A stretch of DNA of 64,000 nucleotides from NCBI RefSeq assembly GCF_902713615.1, contig NC_052175.1, positions 7,581,941 through 7,645,940 of the forward strand, read 5' to 3'. This document shows, piece by piece, positions 49,953 through 62,524 of the stretch. The DNA is from Scyliorhinus canicula (Eukaryota). Under the pieces are notes generated by a model. The model ran no database searches. It was not told the origin of the DNA and saw only the letters and a program-made list of their open reading frames with translations. The first letter of the stretch is position 1. The number at the start of each line of letters is the position of its first letter. The position numbers and the translations under genes were made by a program.

Positions 49953-51880
49953 GGATTGGATCGGATTGGATTTGCTAATTGTCACGTGTACCGAGGTACA
50001 GTGAAAAGTATTTTTCTGCGAGCAGCTCAATAGATCATTAAGTACATGGGATGAAAAGGGAATAAAAGGAAATACATGATCGGGCAACACCAGATATGCA
50101 TTGTAACTACATAGGCACCGGCATCGGGTGAAGCATACAGGATATAGTGTTAATGAGGTCAGTCCATAAGAGGGTCAATTTGGTGTCTGGTGACAGTGGG
50201 GATCAAGCTGTTTTTGAGTCTCTTCGTGCGTCTTCTCAGACTTCTGTATCTCCTGCCCGGGGGAAGAAGTTGGAAGAGTGAGTAAGCCTGGTGGGAGGGA
50301 TCTTTGATTCTGCTGCCCGCTCTCCCCAGGCAGCGGGAGGTGTAGATGGAGTCAATGGATGGGAGGCAGGTACGTGTGATGGGCTAGCCGGTGCTCACGA
50401 CTCTCTGAAGTTTCGTGCGTTCCTGGGACGAACAGTTGCCATACCAGGCTGTGATGCAGCCAGATAGGATGCTTTCTCTGGTGCATCTGTAAACGTTGAT
50501 GTGGGTTAATGTGGACATGCCGAATTTCCTTCGTTTCCTGAGGACGTACAGGCGCTGTTATGCATTCTTCGTGGTAGCGTCGACGTGCGTGGACAAGGAC
50601 AGATTTTTGCAGATGTGTACCACTAGGAATTTGAAACTGCTAACCATCTCCACCTCGGCTCCTGACAGGGGTGTGTACGGTACTTTGCTTCCTGAAGTCA
50701 ATGACCAGCTTTTTAGTTTTGTTGGCATTCAGGGAAAGATTGTTGTTGCTGCACCACTCCACCAGGTCCTCTATCTCCCTCCTGTATTCTGACTCGTCGT
50801 AATTCGAGATCCGGCCCACTACGGTCGTATCGTCGGCAAACTTTTGGATGTAGTTGGAACTAAATTTTGCCACGTAGTCGTGTGTGTACAGGGAGTAGAG
50901 TGGGGGGGGGGGCGGGGCTAAGTACACAGCCTTGCGGGGCCCCGGTATTGAGGACTATTGTGGAGGAGGTCGTAGTTCATTCTTACTGATTGTGGTATGT
51001 TGGTCAGAAAATCGAGGATCCAGTTGTGACGATTTTGAGTTCTTTTTGCCATCAGTCTGGTCTCAGTGAACTCTGAGTCGGATTGTACGTATCGATTATC
51101 GTTTATTTCGAACAGCTTGCAAGCTTCATTTACTCTGATAACAAGGCAGGAGACTACATGTCATTTGAAACTTCTAGAGTGAGTGAGACAAAAGGAACAC
51201 AGCATCTTTTTTCACACACATGGATTCAGCATCAAGTTTCAGATACACACGACCAAATAAGGCAACGGTGCAAATGCAAAGCTCCCAGAGGCTTTCCCCA
51301 CATTCCTTAATCTGGCCTGAGGCCCCTTTTCCCAGTATCCCGTGCAACAAAGAAATAGTCCTCGTGGCTGCCCATTTTCTCTAGCCTAAGTTAGACATGT
51401 TTTAAAGTCCACTAACCTAACTCCTTATTTTACTGTGGTAAGATTTTACTCCTAACTTGGCCTAACTACCCATCATGCCCTTCTGTCCATTTCCTCAGTT
51501 GCAGAGTTTGGAGCCAAGTCCTAGGTTTTGGAGCTTTGATATGAGCTTGGCTGGAATTATGGTGTTGAAGGCGGAGCTCTACTCAATAAATAGGAGCCTG
51601 ATGTAGAAGTCCTTGTTGTCGAAATGCTCTAGGGATGAGTGTAGGGCCAGGAAAATGGCGTCTGATGTGGACCAGTTGCAACGGTATGCGAATTGCAGTG
51701 GGTCAAGGCGTTCTGGGAGTATGGCGGTGATGCGCTTCATGATCAACCTCTCAATGCACTTCATTATGACTGAGGTCAGGGCCACTGGACGGTAGTCATT
51801 GAGGCACGTTGCCTGGTTCTGTAATGTGTTGACCAGAACTGGCGACAGTACGTCAGCTGTGGCCTCACTGAATTTCAATG
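49953..51880 (-). mobile_element. Rex1/Babar-type LINE fragments (49953-51028 and 51560-51880)
   Basis: [19 protein letters not shown]...LDPLQFAY and KFADDTTVVGRISNYDESEYRREIE...NNLSLN. Confidence 0.8.
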
Positions 51881-51899
51881 CAATTCCAACATAAAATCA

Positions 51900-52228
51900 T
51901 AAGATCATACAATTTACAGTGCAGTTGGAAGCCCTTCGACCCATTAAGTCAGCACCGGCCCTTGGAAAGAGCACCCTACCTAAACCCACACTTACACTCT
52001 ATCCCCGTCACCCCAGCTAACGTTTTGAATTCTAAGGGCAACATAGAATGGCCACTTCGCCGAACCTGCACATCGTTGGACTGTGGGTGGAAACCAGAGT
52101 ACCCTGTGGTAACGCACGCGACTTGGGGAGAAAGGGTAAACTCCGCAGAATCAGAGACCCAAGCCGGAAATCGAACCTTGGACCCTGGAGCTGCGAAGCA
52201 ACTGTGCTAACCACTATGCTACCGTGCC
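51900..52228 (-). repeat. Diverged V-SINE
   Basis: Recognisable B box and V-domain with many substitutions. Confidence 0.75.
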
Positions 52229-52369
52229 TCTTGTCCTCTCTGCATTTGTAATCTATGGCACGATTGCTAATGGCAAGTGTATCACATGCATTTTCCACCA
52301 ACCTATAACCTGTTATTCTAACTTCAGACGTCTATGGACAAACAAGCGACGATTTATTTGTTCCTCATA

Positions 52370-52975
52370 ACACAGGCCAGAGTTTAGAGAACCCCAAAGT
52401 GTGTCATGGAGTTTACCTGACCCTCAACATTTAATCGATTTTGGTTGTGAGAAGCACAAGGGCCCACACTACAGGTGTTATGCAACAGAGATATAAAGTA
52501 CTTTTTAAACAAAGCAATGTTTATTATATGATTTCAGTTAAAATGTTATAAACACGCAGTAACATCTCAGCAACTATGAACTCAAATACTCCCCCCCTAA
52601 AGAATACAGCACCCTGAATCTTTCATCGCAACAACCACAAGACAAACACCCTCTTTAACAAAGACAACAGGTTTAAATTCTCTACTGAGAGCAGTTATCA
52701 CGAAGTGATATTAAGATATTCTTTTTATACAGAGAGAGATCAAAATTACACCGTGTTTGGCTCGATGCAGCACCAACTCTGAAAACCAAACTAAACACCT
52801 ACTGTAGCTGCCAGCACAAATACGAAAGTAAAAGCAGATACACAGCCCAGCTCCTCCCACACTCTGACATAACTGCAGCTATTTGATAAACACCCATGTC
52901 TTAACAATACACCCACTACAGCTGTTTGATGAACACTGATTTCTTAAAGGGATTCTCACATGGCTCTCTGAACTC
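52370..52975 (-). mobile_element. Solo LTR related to the Gypsy LTR family
   Basis: agaaccccaaagtgtgtcatggagtt and ttaaagggattctcacatg resemble the ends of 47306-47888. Confidence 0.6.
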
Positions 52976-53342
52976 TCCAGTGTCACACCGTTCATTGAAT
53001 ATTTCCTTGTCAAGTTACTTTTTCCAAAGTCTATCACCTCACTCTTTCCACCGTTAAATGTCAACTGCTCCCTCCCTGCCCATGGGCCATCCCGTCTCTA
53101 TCTTCCTGTGACACAAGACAGTCAACCTCACTCTGAACCGCACGGCCAATCTTTGTGTCGTCTGCAAGATCGCTGATTGAACCACCCCCCCCCCGAACCA
53201 ACACAAACATATATAGTAATTTTCTATTAAATTAAATCAATATATACTTAGATCTTCATCAATCCTCTTTTCAACGATGTGCTGCACAGGTGTTAGGATT
53301 TCTAAGGTATAACACTTGTTTGGTATCTTTGTTTCCACCCAG

Positions 53343-53395
53343 CTTTAGCTTGAAGATGAGAACGGAGAGAGGAGTCCCAAATAAGCGACAAACGG
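53343..53395 (+). CDS. V-C1 receptor gene, exon 6 (cytoplasmic)
   Basis: Acceptor tttgtttccacccag, (S)FSLKMRTERGVPNKRQT, donor G|GTAAGT. Open only in phase 2, which is the phase left by exon 5. Confidence 0.65.
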
Positions 53396-54099
53396 GTAAG
53401 TATATTTGAAAAGTCTGTGGAAATTAAACGGTAGAATGGGGATATTCAAATGTGCAATAACGGCATTAATTGACTACTGCTGGGGGAAAAACATGTGGCC
53501 AAGTCTTTTGGTTTTCTGTTAGTCAGCCAAATTCAGAAACATAATTCACCTTTTTGCAACTGGGTTCTTATTGGTGAAAGGTTTGCACGAATAATGCACC
53601 AGTTAACTGATGACTGTCAGTTAACTGCCGGTATTTTGTAGCATTAAAAAGCCGTAGTTTGACGGATTCGTCTGGTATTGCACTGAGGATAAAACCAGCG
53701 AATGATTGTCCCGTCTTTTGATGAGTTAAAAAACCCACAATGTGAACAATTTATTTCTGTCCACGACCTGCCTTTTGCACCATTAACCCGCTCTGCAATC
53801 ATTGTCTTATTGGTCTCATGAAAACATATTTGAGAATTGTAGTATCAGTGATGTAACAGATGGTCAAAAGACGGCAAGCACTGGTCTTAGTAAGCAAGCA
53901 GCTTGTTGGAGAATTGGGCTCCACTGAAGCACTGAGGAACATTATTTTAATGTTTCTTAGTGCTTCAACAATCGTGGCTCATTGACCTCCACCCCGAAAT
54001 ATTGGAACCATTGGCTTACCGCACAATGTCTTAAGTATTTATAGATTGTTTAAACTGGGATGACATTTCAATTCATGTCGTAACAATGTACACACACAG

Positions 54100-54149
54100 G
54101 AGATCACCGTCAAACAGGAGCCACACGTGAAACACAAGAGGACACGCTG
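54100..54149 (+). CDS. V-C1 receptor gene, exon 7 (cytoplasmic)
   Basis: Acceptor cacacacag, (G)DHRQTGATRETQEDTL, donor CTG|GTGAGT. Phase 1 to 0. Confidence 0.65.
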
Positions 54150-55034
54150 GTGAGTGCATTGAAACACTTGTAATAAAATAGAGAAAATTAATTTTGGGAT
54201 GAGGCCCATGGTACATGCTACCGGATATTTCAAACAGTGAACAAGGAGCAGCCCACTCCCTAGATCAGCTAAATTTGTGTCAAATGTCACTTGTCATCCT
54301 GACTGGAATCAGAGAAAATTCCTCAGCCCTCTCCCCACCGTATGCAAATAATGTTGTAATGTTCCGCTTAGGTATTCCCATTCAAAGTTTGTGTTTGCAG
54401 CAGATTTAATTTCATACTCCCCACTTTCTGAATTTGTTTCATTTTGTGTATCATTATGGTCATTCTTAATCCCCTCCATCCAACCAGTTTGTTGTTGGTA
54501 ATTATATTATTCAATTAAATTGCAATAAAGAGATGACAAAACCCATGATAGGTTAATCTAGTCATGTTTGCATTGTTGTAAATTGACAACTGATTCATTA
54601 GTTTGGGTGAATGTGTGTGTGTCTATGTGCTTGAGCTTGTGTGAGAGCCAGACAGTTTTTGCGAAATATATTCACCACTGGAATTACAATGACGTGATCG
54701 GCAGGCGTACTGTACATAATTCGATACATGTTTCCGTTATTGTAAGACGACATTAAAAGGATTGGTTTTCGAGAAGGTGGGACGTATTTGTGTGCGCGGT
54801 GTATGTGTCTGCCTGTGATTATGTGTCGGTGTGTGTGTGTTGCTGGTATTCCGCAGGTGAATCCCAACAATATGCAATCTGCAGACATAAAGAGAAGACT
54901 GCTTCACCACAAGAGTCATGAGACTGACCAATAGGTATATTTTATGGTCAAACAAACTTGTATATATACACAGATTGCACGATGTTGCCAATGAAGTTAC
55001 AGCTTTACAATTAACAGTGAATGAGTTTTTACAT

Positions 55035-57838
55035 AGAACAAAGAACAAAGAAAATTACAGCACAGGAACATGCCCTTCGGCCCTCCCAGCCTGCGTCGAT
55101 CCAGATCCTTTATCCAAACCTGTCTCCTATTTTCCAAGGTCTACTTCCCTCTGTTGCCTCCCTTTCATATACTTGTTTAGATGCCTCTTAAACGATGCTA
55201 TCGTGCCCGCCTCTACCACCTCCGCTGGGAAAGCGTTCCAGGCACACACCACCCGCTGCGTAAATAACTTTCCACGCACATCTCCCTGAAACTTTCCCCC
55301 TCTCACCTTGAAATCGTGACCCCTTGTAACTGACACCCACACTCTTGGAAAAAGCGTGTTGCTATCCACCCTGTCCATATCTCTCATAACTTTGTATACC
55401 TCAATCAGGTCCCCCCTCAACCTCCGCCTTTCCAATGAAAACAATCCTAATCTACTCAACCTTTCTTCAAAGGATTCTGGGATTACCCTCCATACCAGGC
55501 GACATCCTGGTCAACCTCCTCTGCACCCTCTCCAAAGCATCCACATCCTTCAGGTAATGTGGCGACCAGAACTGCACGCAGTATTCCAAATGTGGCCTAA
55601 CCAAAGCCCTATACAACTGTAACATGACCTGCCTACTCTTGTACTCAATACCCCGTCCGATGAAGGCAATCATGCTGTATGACTTCTTGATCACACTATC
55701 AACCTGCGGTTCCACATTCAGGGTAGAATTGAACTGAACTCCCAGGTCTCTCTGTACATCAATTTTCCCCAGTACCCTTCCATTGACAATATAGTCCGCT
55801 CTTGAATTTGATCTTCCAAAATGCATCACCTCACATTTGCCTGGATTGAACTCCATCTGCCATTTATCTGCCCAACTCCAATCTATCTATATTGTGTTGT
55901 ATTCTCTGACAGTCCTCCTGACTATCTGCAACTCCACCAATCTGTGTATCATCTGCAAACTTGCTAATCGGACCACCTCCAGGTCATTTGTGTAGATCAC
56001 AAACAACAGTGGTCCGAGCACGGATCCCTGTGGAACACCACGAGTCACCCGTCTCCATTTTGAGACACTCCCTTCCACCACTACGCTCTGTCTCCTGATG
56101 CACAGCCAGTTCTTTAAACATCTAGATTGTATAGCCTGAATCCCATACGACTTCACTTTTGCCATCAACCTGCCATGGGAAACCTTATCAAACGCCTTAC
56201 TAAAGTCCATGTATATGACATCGACAGCCCTTCCCTCATCAATTAACTTTGTCACTTCCTCAAATAATTCTATTAAGTTTGTAAGACATGACCTTCCCTG
56301 CACAAAACAATGCTGCCTATCACTAATAAGTTTATTTTCTTCCAGATGTGAATAGATCCTATCCCTCAGTATCTTCTGTAACAGTTTACCTACCACTGAC
56401 GTCAAGCTCACAGGTCTGTATTTCCCTAGATTTTCCCTGCTACCCCTCTTAAACACAGGGACAACATTAGCAATTCTTCCGTCCTCCGGGACCTCACCCG
56501 TGCTCAAGGATGCTGCAAAGATATCTATTAAGGCCCCAGCTATTTCGACCCTCGCTTCCCTCAGTAACCTGGGATAGATCCCATCGGGACCTGGGGACTT
56601 GTCAACATTAATGTCTTTTAGAATACCCAAACCATCCCCTTTCAAAACTTGACCTAGAGTATTTAAACATCCATCCTTCGCCACAACATCCGTCTTGTCC
56701 TTCTCCTTTGTGAATACCGATGCAAAGTTCTCATTAAGAATCTCATCCATTTCCTCTGAGTCCACGCATAAATTCCCTCTCTTGTCTTTGAGTGGGCCAA
56801 TCCTTTCCCTACTTACCTTCTTGCTCCTTACATACGAATAAAAGGCTTTGGGATTTTCCTTAACCCTGTTCGCCAACGATATTTCATGACCCCTTTTAGC
56901 CCTTTTTATTGCGCGTTTCAGATTCGTCCTACTTTCCCGATATGCCTCCAAAGCTTCTTCAGTTTTGAGTCACCTCTATCTTACATATGCTTCCTTTTTC
57001 ATCTTAGCTAGTCTCACAATTTCACCCGTCATCCATGGTTCCCTAATCTTGCCATTTCTATCTCTCATTTTCACAGGAACATGTCTGTCCTGCACTCTAA
57101 TCAACCTTTCCTTAAAAGACTCCCACATTTCAAATGTGGATTTACGCTTAAACAGCTGCTCCCAATCCACATTCCCCAGCTCCTTCCGAATTGTGTTATA
57201 CTCTGCCTTTCCTCAATTTAGCATTCTTCCTTTCGGACCACTCTTGTCCTTGTCCATGAGTATTCTAAAATTTACGGAATTGTGATCGCTATTCCCAAAG
57301 TAATCGCCAACTGAAACATCAACCACTTGGTCGGGATCATTCCCCAAAAGCAGGTCCAGTATGGCCCCTTCCCGAGTTGGACTATTTACATACTGCTCTA
57401 AAAAAAAACTCTCCTGGATGCTCCTTACAAACTCTGCTCCATCTACGCCTCCAACACTACACGAATCCAATTCAAGGTTGGGGAAGTTAAAATCTCCCAT
57501 CACAACCACCCTATTGCTCCTACATTTTTCTATAATCTGCCTGCATATTTGTACCTCTACTTCATGGTCACTTTTGGGGGGACTGTAGTAAAGTCCCAAC
57601 AATGTTACTGCACCCTTCCTATTTCTTAGCTCCACCCACTCGAATCCTCTATCGTGCCCTGCTTAATCACAGCTGTGATATCATTTCTGACGAGTAATCC
57701 AACTCCTCCACCCCTTCTACCTCCCTCTCTATCTCGCCTGAAACATCTATACCCCGGAATATTCTGTTGCCAGTCCTGCCCTTCCCTCAACCAAGTCTCA
57801 GTAATACCAATAACATCATATTCCCAGGAACTGATCCA
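55035..57838 (-). mobile_element. Degraded CR1 LINE
   Basis: Endonuclease and RT ORF fragments at 55127-57874 and a (gaacaaa)n tail. Same family as 12290-15345. Confidence 0.9.
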
Positions 57839-58512
57839 AGGAGAAACGTTTAACCCACCATCTACACCTGGCACTGTATATTCTCGTTAAGCAATCCAGC
57901 AGTTAAGTAGTTCAAAAACGGCTTACTGCCAAATGGCGCAATCAGTGTTACCTGAATATCTGTGCAGACCATCGAAGAGAATTCCCTTCAGGAACAAACT
58001 GAAAATCCGTCTGTCTTGTCAGACACTTCTGATCAACTTATAATTAAATGGCAAACTGTAAAACTACAGACAGGCATGGGGCCTCCCATTAATTACATCA
58101 TCTTCTTCCCAGCATAATAAATTCTCCAGTCTGAACTCACTAAATTGTCACATCAGCTGCTCAACTGGGAATTACCATTTTCCCTCATAAATTACCTATA
58201 CTAGAGTGAGCACCGTAAAGAGAAACAATAGTCGAGTAGCTATCTTTATGTAAGCAAGTACATTTTTTAAAATCCATCAACATCTCAAATTTAGGACTCC
58301 AGAAGTCCAACGTTAGCTGACATACGGCCTCCGGTGTTTCAAACCAGGGTAATTCAATAACATCACAGAAAAAGTCTAGAGTACAATATTTTTTTAAATC
58401 GTACATCCACCGCACCTCCCCCCTAAAAACGATCCAGCTGTATGAAAAGCTGGCTTCCTCTTTAACGTTTGGTGCCACATTTATAACATTCCTTGTGAAG
58501 CGAGATTATCAT

Positions 58513-58858
58513 CATAGAATTTACAGTGGAGAAGGAGGCCATTCGGCCCATCGAGTCTGCACCGGCTCTTGGAAAGGGCACCCTACCCAAGGTCAACACC
58601 TCCACCCTATCCCCATAACCCAGTAACCCCTCCCAACACTAAGGGCAATTTTGGACACTAAGGGCAATTAATCATGGCCAATCCACCTAACCTGCACATC
58701 TTTGGACTGTGGGAGGAAACCGGAGCACCCGGAGGAAACCCACGTACACACGGGGAGGATGTGCAGACTCCGCACAGACAGTGACCCAAGCCGGAATCGA
58801 ACCTGGGACCCTGGAGCTGTGAAGCAATTGTGCTATCCACAAGGCTACCGTGCTGCCC
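58513..58858 (-). repeat. V-SINE subfamily B
   Basis: B head and tail on the minus strand. Confidence 0.88.
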
Positions 58859-59561
58859 TTATACTCGTCTAATTGTAATTGCTTTGTTGCTAAGCTCCCC
58901 ATTAGGTTCCCTGAATAACAGCGACATAACATTTGATCCTTCATCTGCTTTGATTTATTTGGTACTCCTGATCTGGTGAAAGATTTAGTTAACTCCGCAA
59001 CAAACCTTAGCTGCAATATTCCGCAATGCAATTGCCTCCAGAAATCCAGAGGACACATCAGTAATGATCAACAAATACGGTGTCCAAATGTTGATTTTTG
59101 GAAGGAATCACACTCAATCCATTGGTACTCTCAAAAAAAGGTCTTCAAATTCCTGAATATTGGTTTGGTTATCGCTTGACGGTGTCCTCGCACCTGGCAT
59201 ATGTGACATGTACGACAAGCTCCAGCTGCATCTTTACGCAGTCCAGGCCATTAAATTTGTTTTGTTTTTTTATTGAGGTTTATTACTCCGAAATGCCTTG
59301 TACGATAACCTCATGCGCTACCAGCAAATCCTCCTTTTATGAGCCAGGGTTTAAAGAACGCAAAGGTGTATCAGGGAGTTCACCAAACCCACAACTTTTA
59401 ATAGATTGTGGTATTAAACGAGGTTCGGTTGTGTTTCCAGGTGGAGTGTAAATGTCATTAGCAATATGTGAAACACAACATGCTGCAGTTATCAGCTGTT
59501 TCTATCTTGATAATTAATCACTCAGAAAACATAAACTACCTGGGTTGTTATCACAATAATG

Positions 59562-60230
59562 ATGTGGAGATGCCGGCGTTGGACTGGGGTGAGCACAGTA
59601 AGAAGTCTTACAACACCAGGTTAAAGTCCAACAGGTTTGTTTCAAACACGAGCTTTCGGAGCACGGCTCCTTCTTCAGGTGAATGGAAAGGCTTGTTCCA
59701 GAAATGTTTATATAGACACAGTCAGAGATGCCCCGGAATGCGAGCACCTGCAGGCAATCAAATCATCAAAGATGCAGAGAGAGAGGTAACTCCAGGTTAA
59801 AGAGGTGTGAATTGTCCCAAGCCAGTTCAGTCGGTAGGCCTCTGCAAGTCCAGGCTTGTTGGTGGGGGCCGAATGTAATGCGACATGAATCCCAGATCCC
59901 GGTTGAGTCCGCATTCATGCGTGCGGAACTTAGCTATAAGTTTTTGCTCAGCAATTTTGCGTTGTCGCGTCTCCTGAAGGCCTCCTTGTAGAATGCTGAC
60001 CCGGAGATCAGAGGCTGAATGTCCTTGACTGCTGAAGTGTTCCCCAACTGGAAGGGAACAGTCCTGCCTGTTGATAGTCGCACGATGCCCGTTTATTCGT
60101 TGTCGCAGTGTCTGCATGGTCTCGCCAATGTACCACGCTTCGGGACATCCTTTCCTGCAGCGTATGAGGTAGACTACATTGGTCGAGTCGCACGAGTATG
60201 CGCCGCGTACCATTATCACCATAATGGTTA
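59562..60230 (-). mobile_element. Penelope-like element 3' part (GIY-YIG endonuclease plus terminal repeat)
   Basis: SCDSTNVVYLIRC...YIGETMQTLRQRINGH...GLN at 59827-60230. Confidence 0.92.
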
Positions 60231-60875
60231 TAGGATCGTATTTTGCACAAATTGACTGACGAGTGTCCATCGTCTCAAACAGTAACTATTTTTCGGGAAA
60301 TTTACTTTAAAACGACCAGTGCATTCCTGCAATCGTGAGGGTTGTTGTATATACACACTTTTTTTGATGGTTTATGATATTACCTGGATGTGATTAATTC
60401 TACGCGAGCCATCCAACTGTGCAGGTGGCGCATGAAAAACATAATGACTGGATTCACTGGAGCATATCAATGTATTTCAATAAATTTGGGAGACTCATTG
60501 TTCTAATTTTCTGACTGAACAACGCTGAATTCTGTGTTAATATTTTCCCCCCAAATTCTATGTCTTTCCAGCAAACCGTCCTTGTAGAAACAGATTAAAC
60601 ATAAACAAATACCAAAAGTACAGAGGGAAACATTAAGAATCGAATTGAATAAATATTGGAAATGGAGAAAAAAAGGCAAAGGTATTGGGGAAGAGATAGG
60701 TAGAGTAGGAGAATTGGATTGTTCATTCAGGAACTGGCACAGACACAATGGGCCGAATGGCCTCCGTCGTTGTTCTTGTATCATTTTATGAATCTGTCAA
60801 ATGTAAAACCAAGATGGACTGATCGGACATTAATTTTAACTGTTTTTGAATGTTAACATTTCATGTATTTCCCAG

Positions 60876-60956
60876 TCTCCCGGCGGACCTCTCTACGCCT
60901 CCCTGGATTTGGTCAATTTGGAAAAAAGGTCACAAAAGAAGGCGGGTCGCAAATGA
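60876..60956 (+). CDS. V-C1 receptor gene, last coding exon with YASL motif
   Basis: Acceptor catgtatttcccag, SPGGPLYASLDLVNLEKRSQKKAGRK*. Phase 0. Summed exon length is 1029 nt = 342 aa plus stop. Confidence 0.75.
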   Translation, partial: SPGGPLYASLDLVNLEKRSQKKAGRK

Positions 60957-61028
60957 GAATAGAGATGTTTTCTCTCTGATGAATTATGCAGCGCGCGGGA
61001 TTTGCGAATGAACAAACTGCCTTGTGGA

Positions 61029-61034
61029 AATAAA
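61029..61034 (+). terminator. Candidate polyadenylation signal of the V-C1 gene
   Basis: AATAAA about 70 nt downstream of the predicted stop. Confidence 0.5.
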
Positions 61035-61153
61035 CTTGTACTTCCCGAACAATTAAAAGAGCACCCGGAAGACCCTCTTTCAAGATCCATCGCCCACAGA
61101 CTGACCAGTAAGTTTCTTGATATATAAATGAACTGTTAAATTCGTATTCCTGT

Positions 61154-61715
61154 TGTTATGTGAGAGTATGTTTAAGAAATGGATGCTTAAGCAATGTACC
61201 TTTAAGAAATAGAACAGCTCATATTACTGAAGTGGTGTCAAAGGGTGGGGGAGCTGAGCTGAGCTCACTTCTGTTGTTGGTTTCAGGTTAGAGGCGAAAG
61301 CAGGGAGTGTTTGTGTGTTTTACAAAAAAGCTGCAAGAAGAAAACTCAGAACTGGTTTGTTGATGTCTGAAAATCCAAAGACTATAAGTATATTGAATGT
61401 AACCTCATGTCTGTTGTTGAAGGTGATGTCTTTTGGAGGTCAGGAGGAATATTTTGAGGGATTATTTAGTGTTGTATTATTTTTGGGGTTATCTTTGAAG
61501 TAAGGGGTGTTAAGTGATCCAATGATTATTTAAAAGATTAAGTTGAATTCATGGAATAAACATTGTTTTGTGATTCAAAACCCACGTGTCCATAATTGCA
61601 ATACTACACCTGGAGAACAAGCCGTGTGCTTCAAAAACTAACAATCCATTAAAAGGAGAGGTTGGTTGACCTCCATGATACATTTTGGTTTTTTGGAAAC
61701 ACCGCTCCCATAGCA
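61154..61715 (+). mobile_element. Solo LTR with 4-bp TSD
   Basis: TGTTATGTGAGAG...CCCATAGCA, with CTGT at 61150-61153 and 61716-61719. Homologous to the reverse complement of 47306-47888. Confidence 0.9.
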
Positions 61716-61879
61716 CTGTTGATATCAATTTATATTTTGCTGTTGGATTATATCATACACATCTGAATTCAAATAGAGGGGCTGGAAAGTCGTCAAGCAC
61801 AGGTCTCTCAGACAAGGCTTGTTTTCACTCGAATGTAGATCGAATGTGATCGAATCAAAGCCGTTAGAATTTCAGGCCT

Positions 61880-62195
61880 CAGGGTAACATGGTGGTTAGC
61901 ATCAATGCTTCACAGCCCAGGTTCGATTCCCGGCTGGGTCACTGTCTGTGTGGAGTCTGCACGTCCTCCCCGTGTGTGCGTGGGTTTCCTCCGGGTGCTC
62001 CGGTTTCCTCCCACAGTCCAAAGATGTGCGGGTTAGGTGGATTGGCCATGCTAAATTGCCCGTAGTGTAAGGTTAATGGGGGGATTGTTGGGTTACAGGT
62101 ATACGGGTTACGTGGGTTTAAGTAGGGTGATCATTGCTCGGCACAACATTGAGGGCCGAAGGGCCTGTTCTGTGCTGTACTGTTCTATGTTCTTT
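61880..62195 (+). repeat. V-SINE subfamily A
   Basis: Consensus with a small 5' deletion. Confidence 0.88.
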
Positions 62196-62524
62196 GTTAA
62201 CTTATTCAATCGTATCGATCGGGAGAAATTCTTTAATCACGTGGAGTAATTCCAGATCTAGAAGATGAAATTCCAAGCCTGGTAATTCACAGGTGGTGCC
62301 AAAAGCCCGTCTTCATACAAATAGAAGGCAAATTGAAAATATCTTCCCAGAATACTGTTGATTCTAGGACCCCTTTCATTTCGAAGGATGTGTCGGAAAT
62401 GATTTGGAAACCCGATGGATGGGACAACTTCAGAATCTTAAAAAAGTCGCAATTATCGGAAGCACAGCCATTTCACGTATGTGATATTGAAGGGGCGACC
62501 ACTGCATATCACATCATCTCAGTG

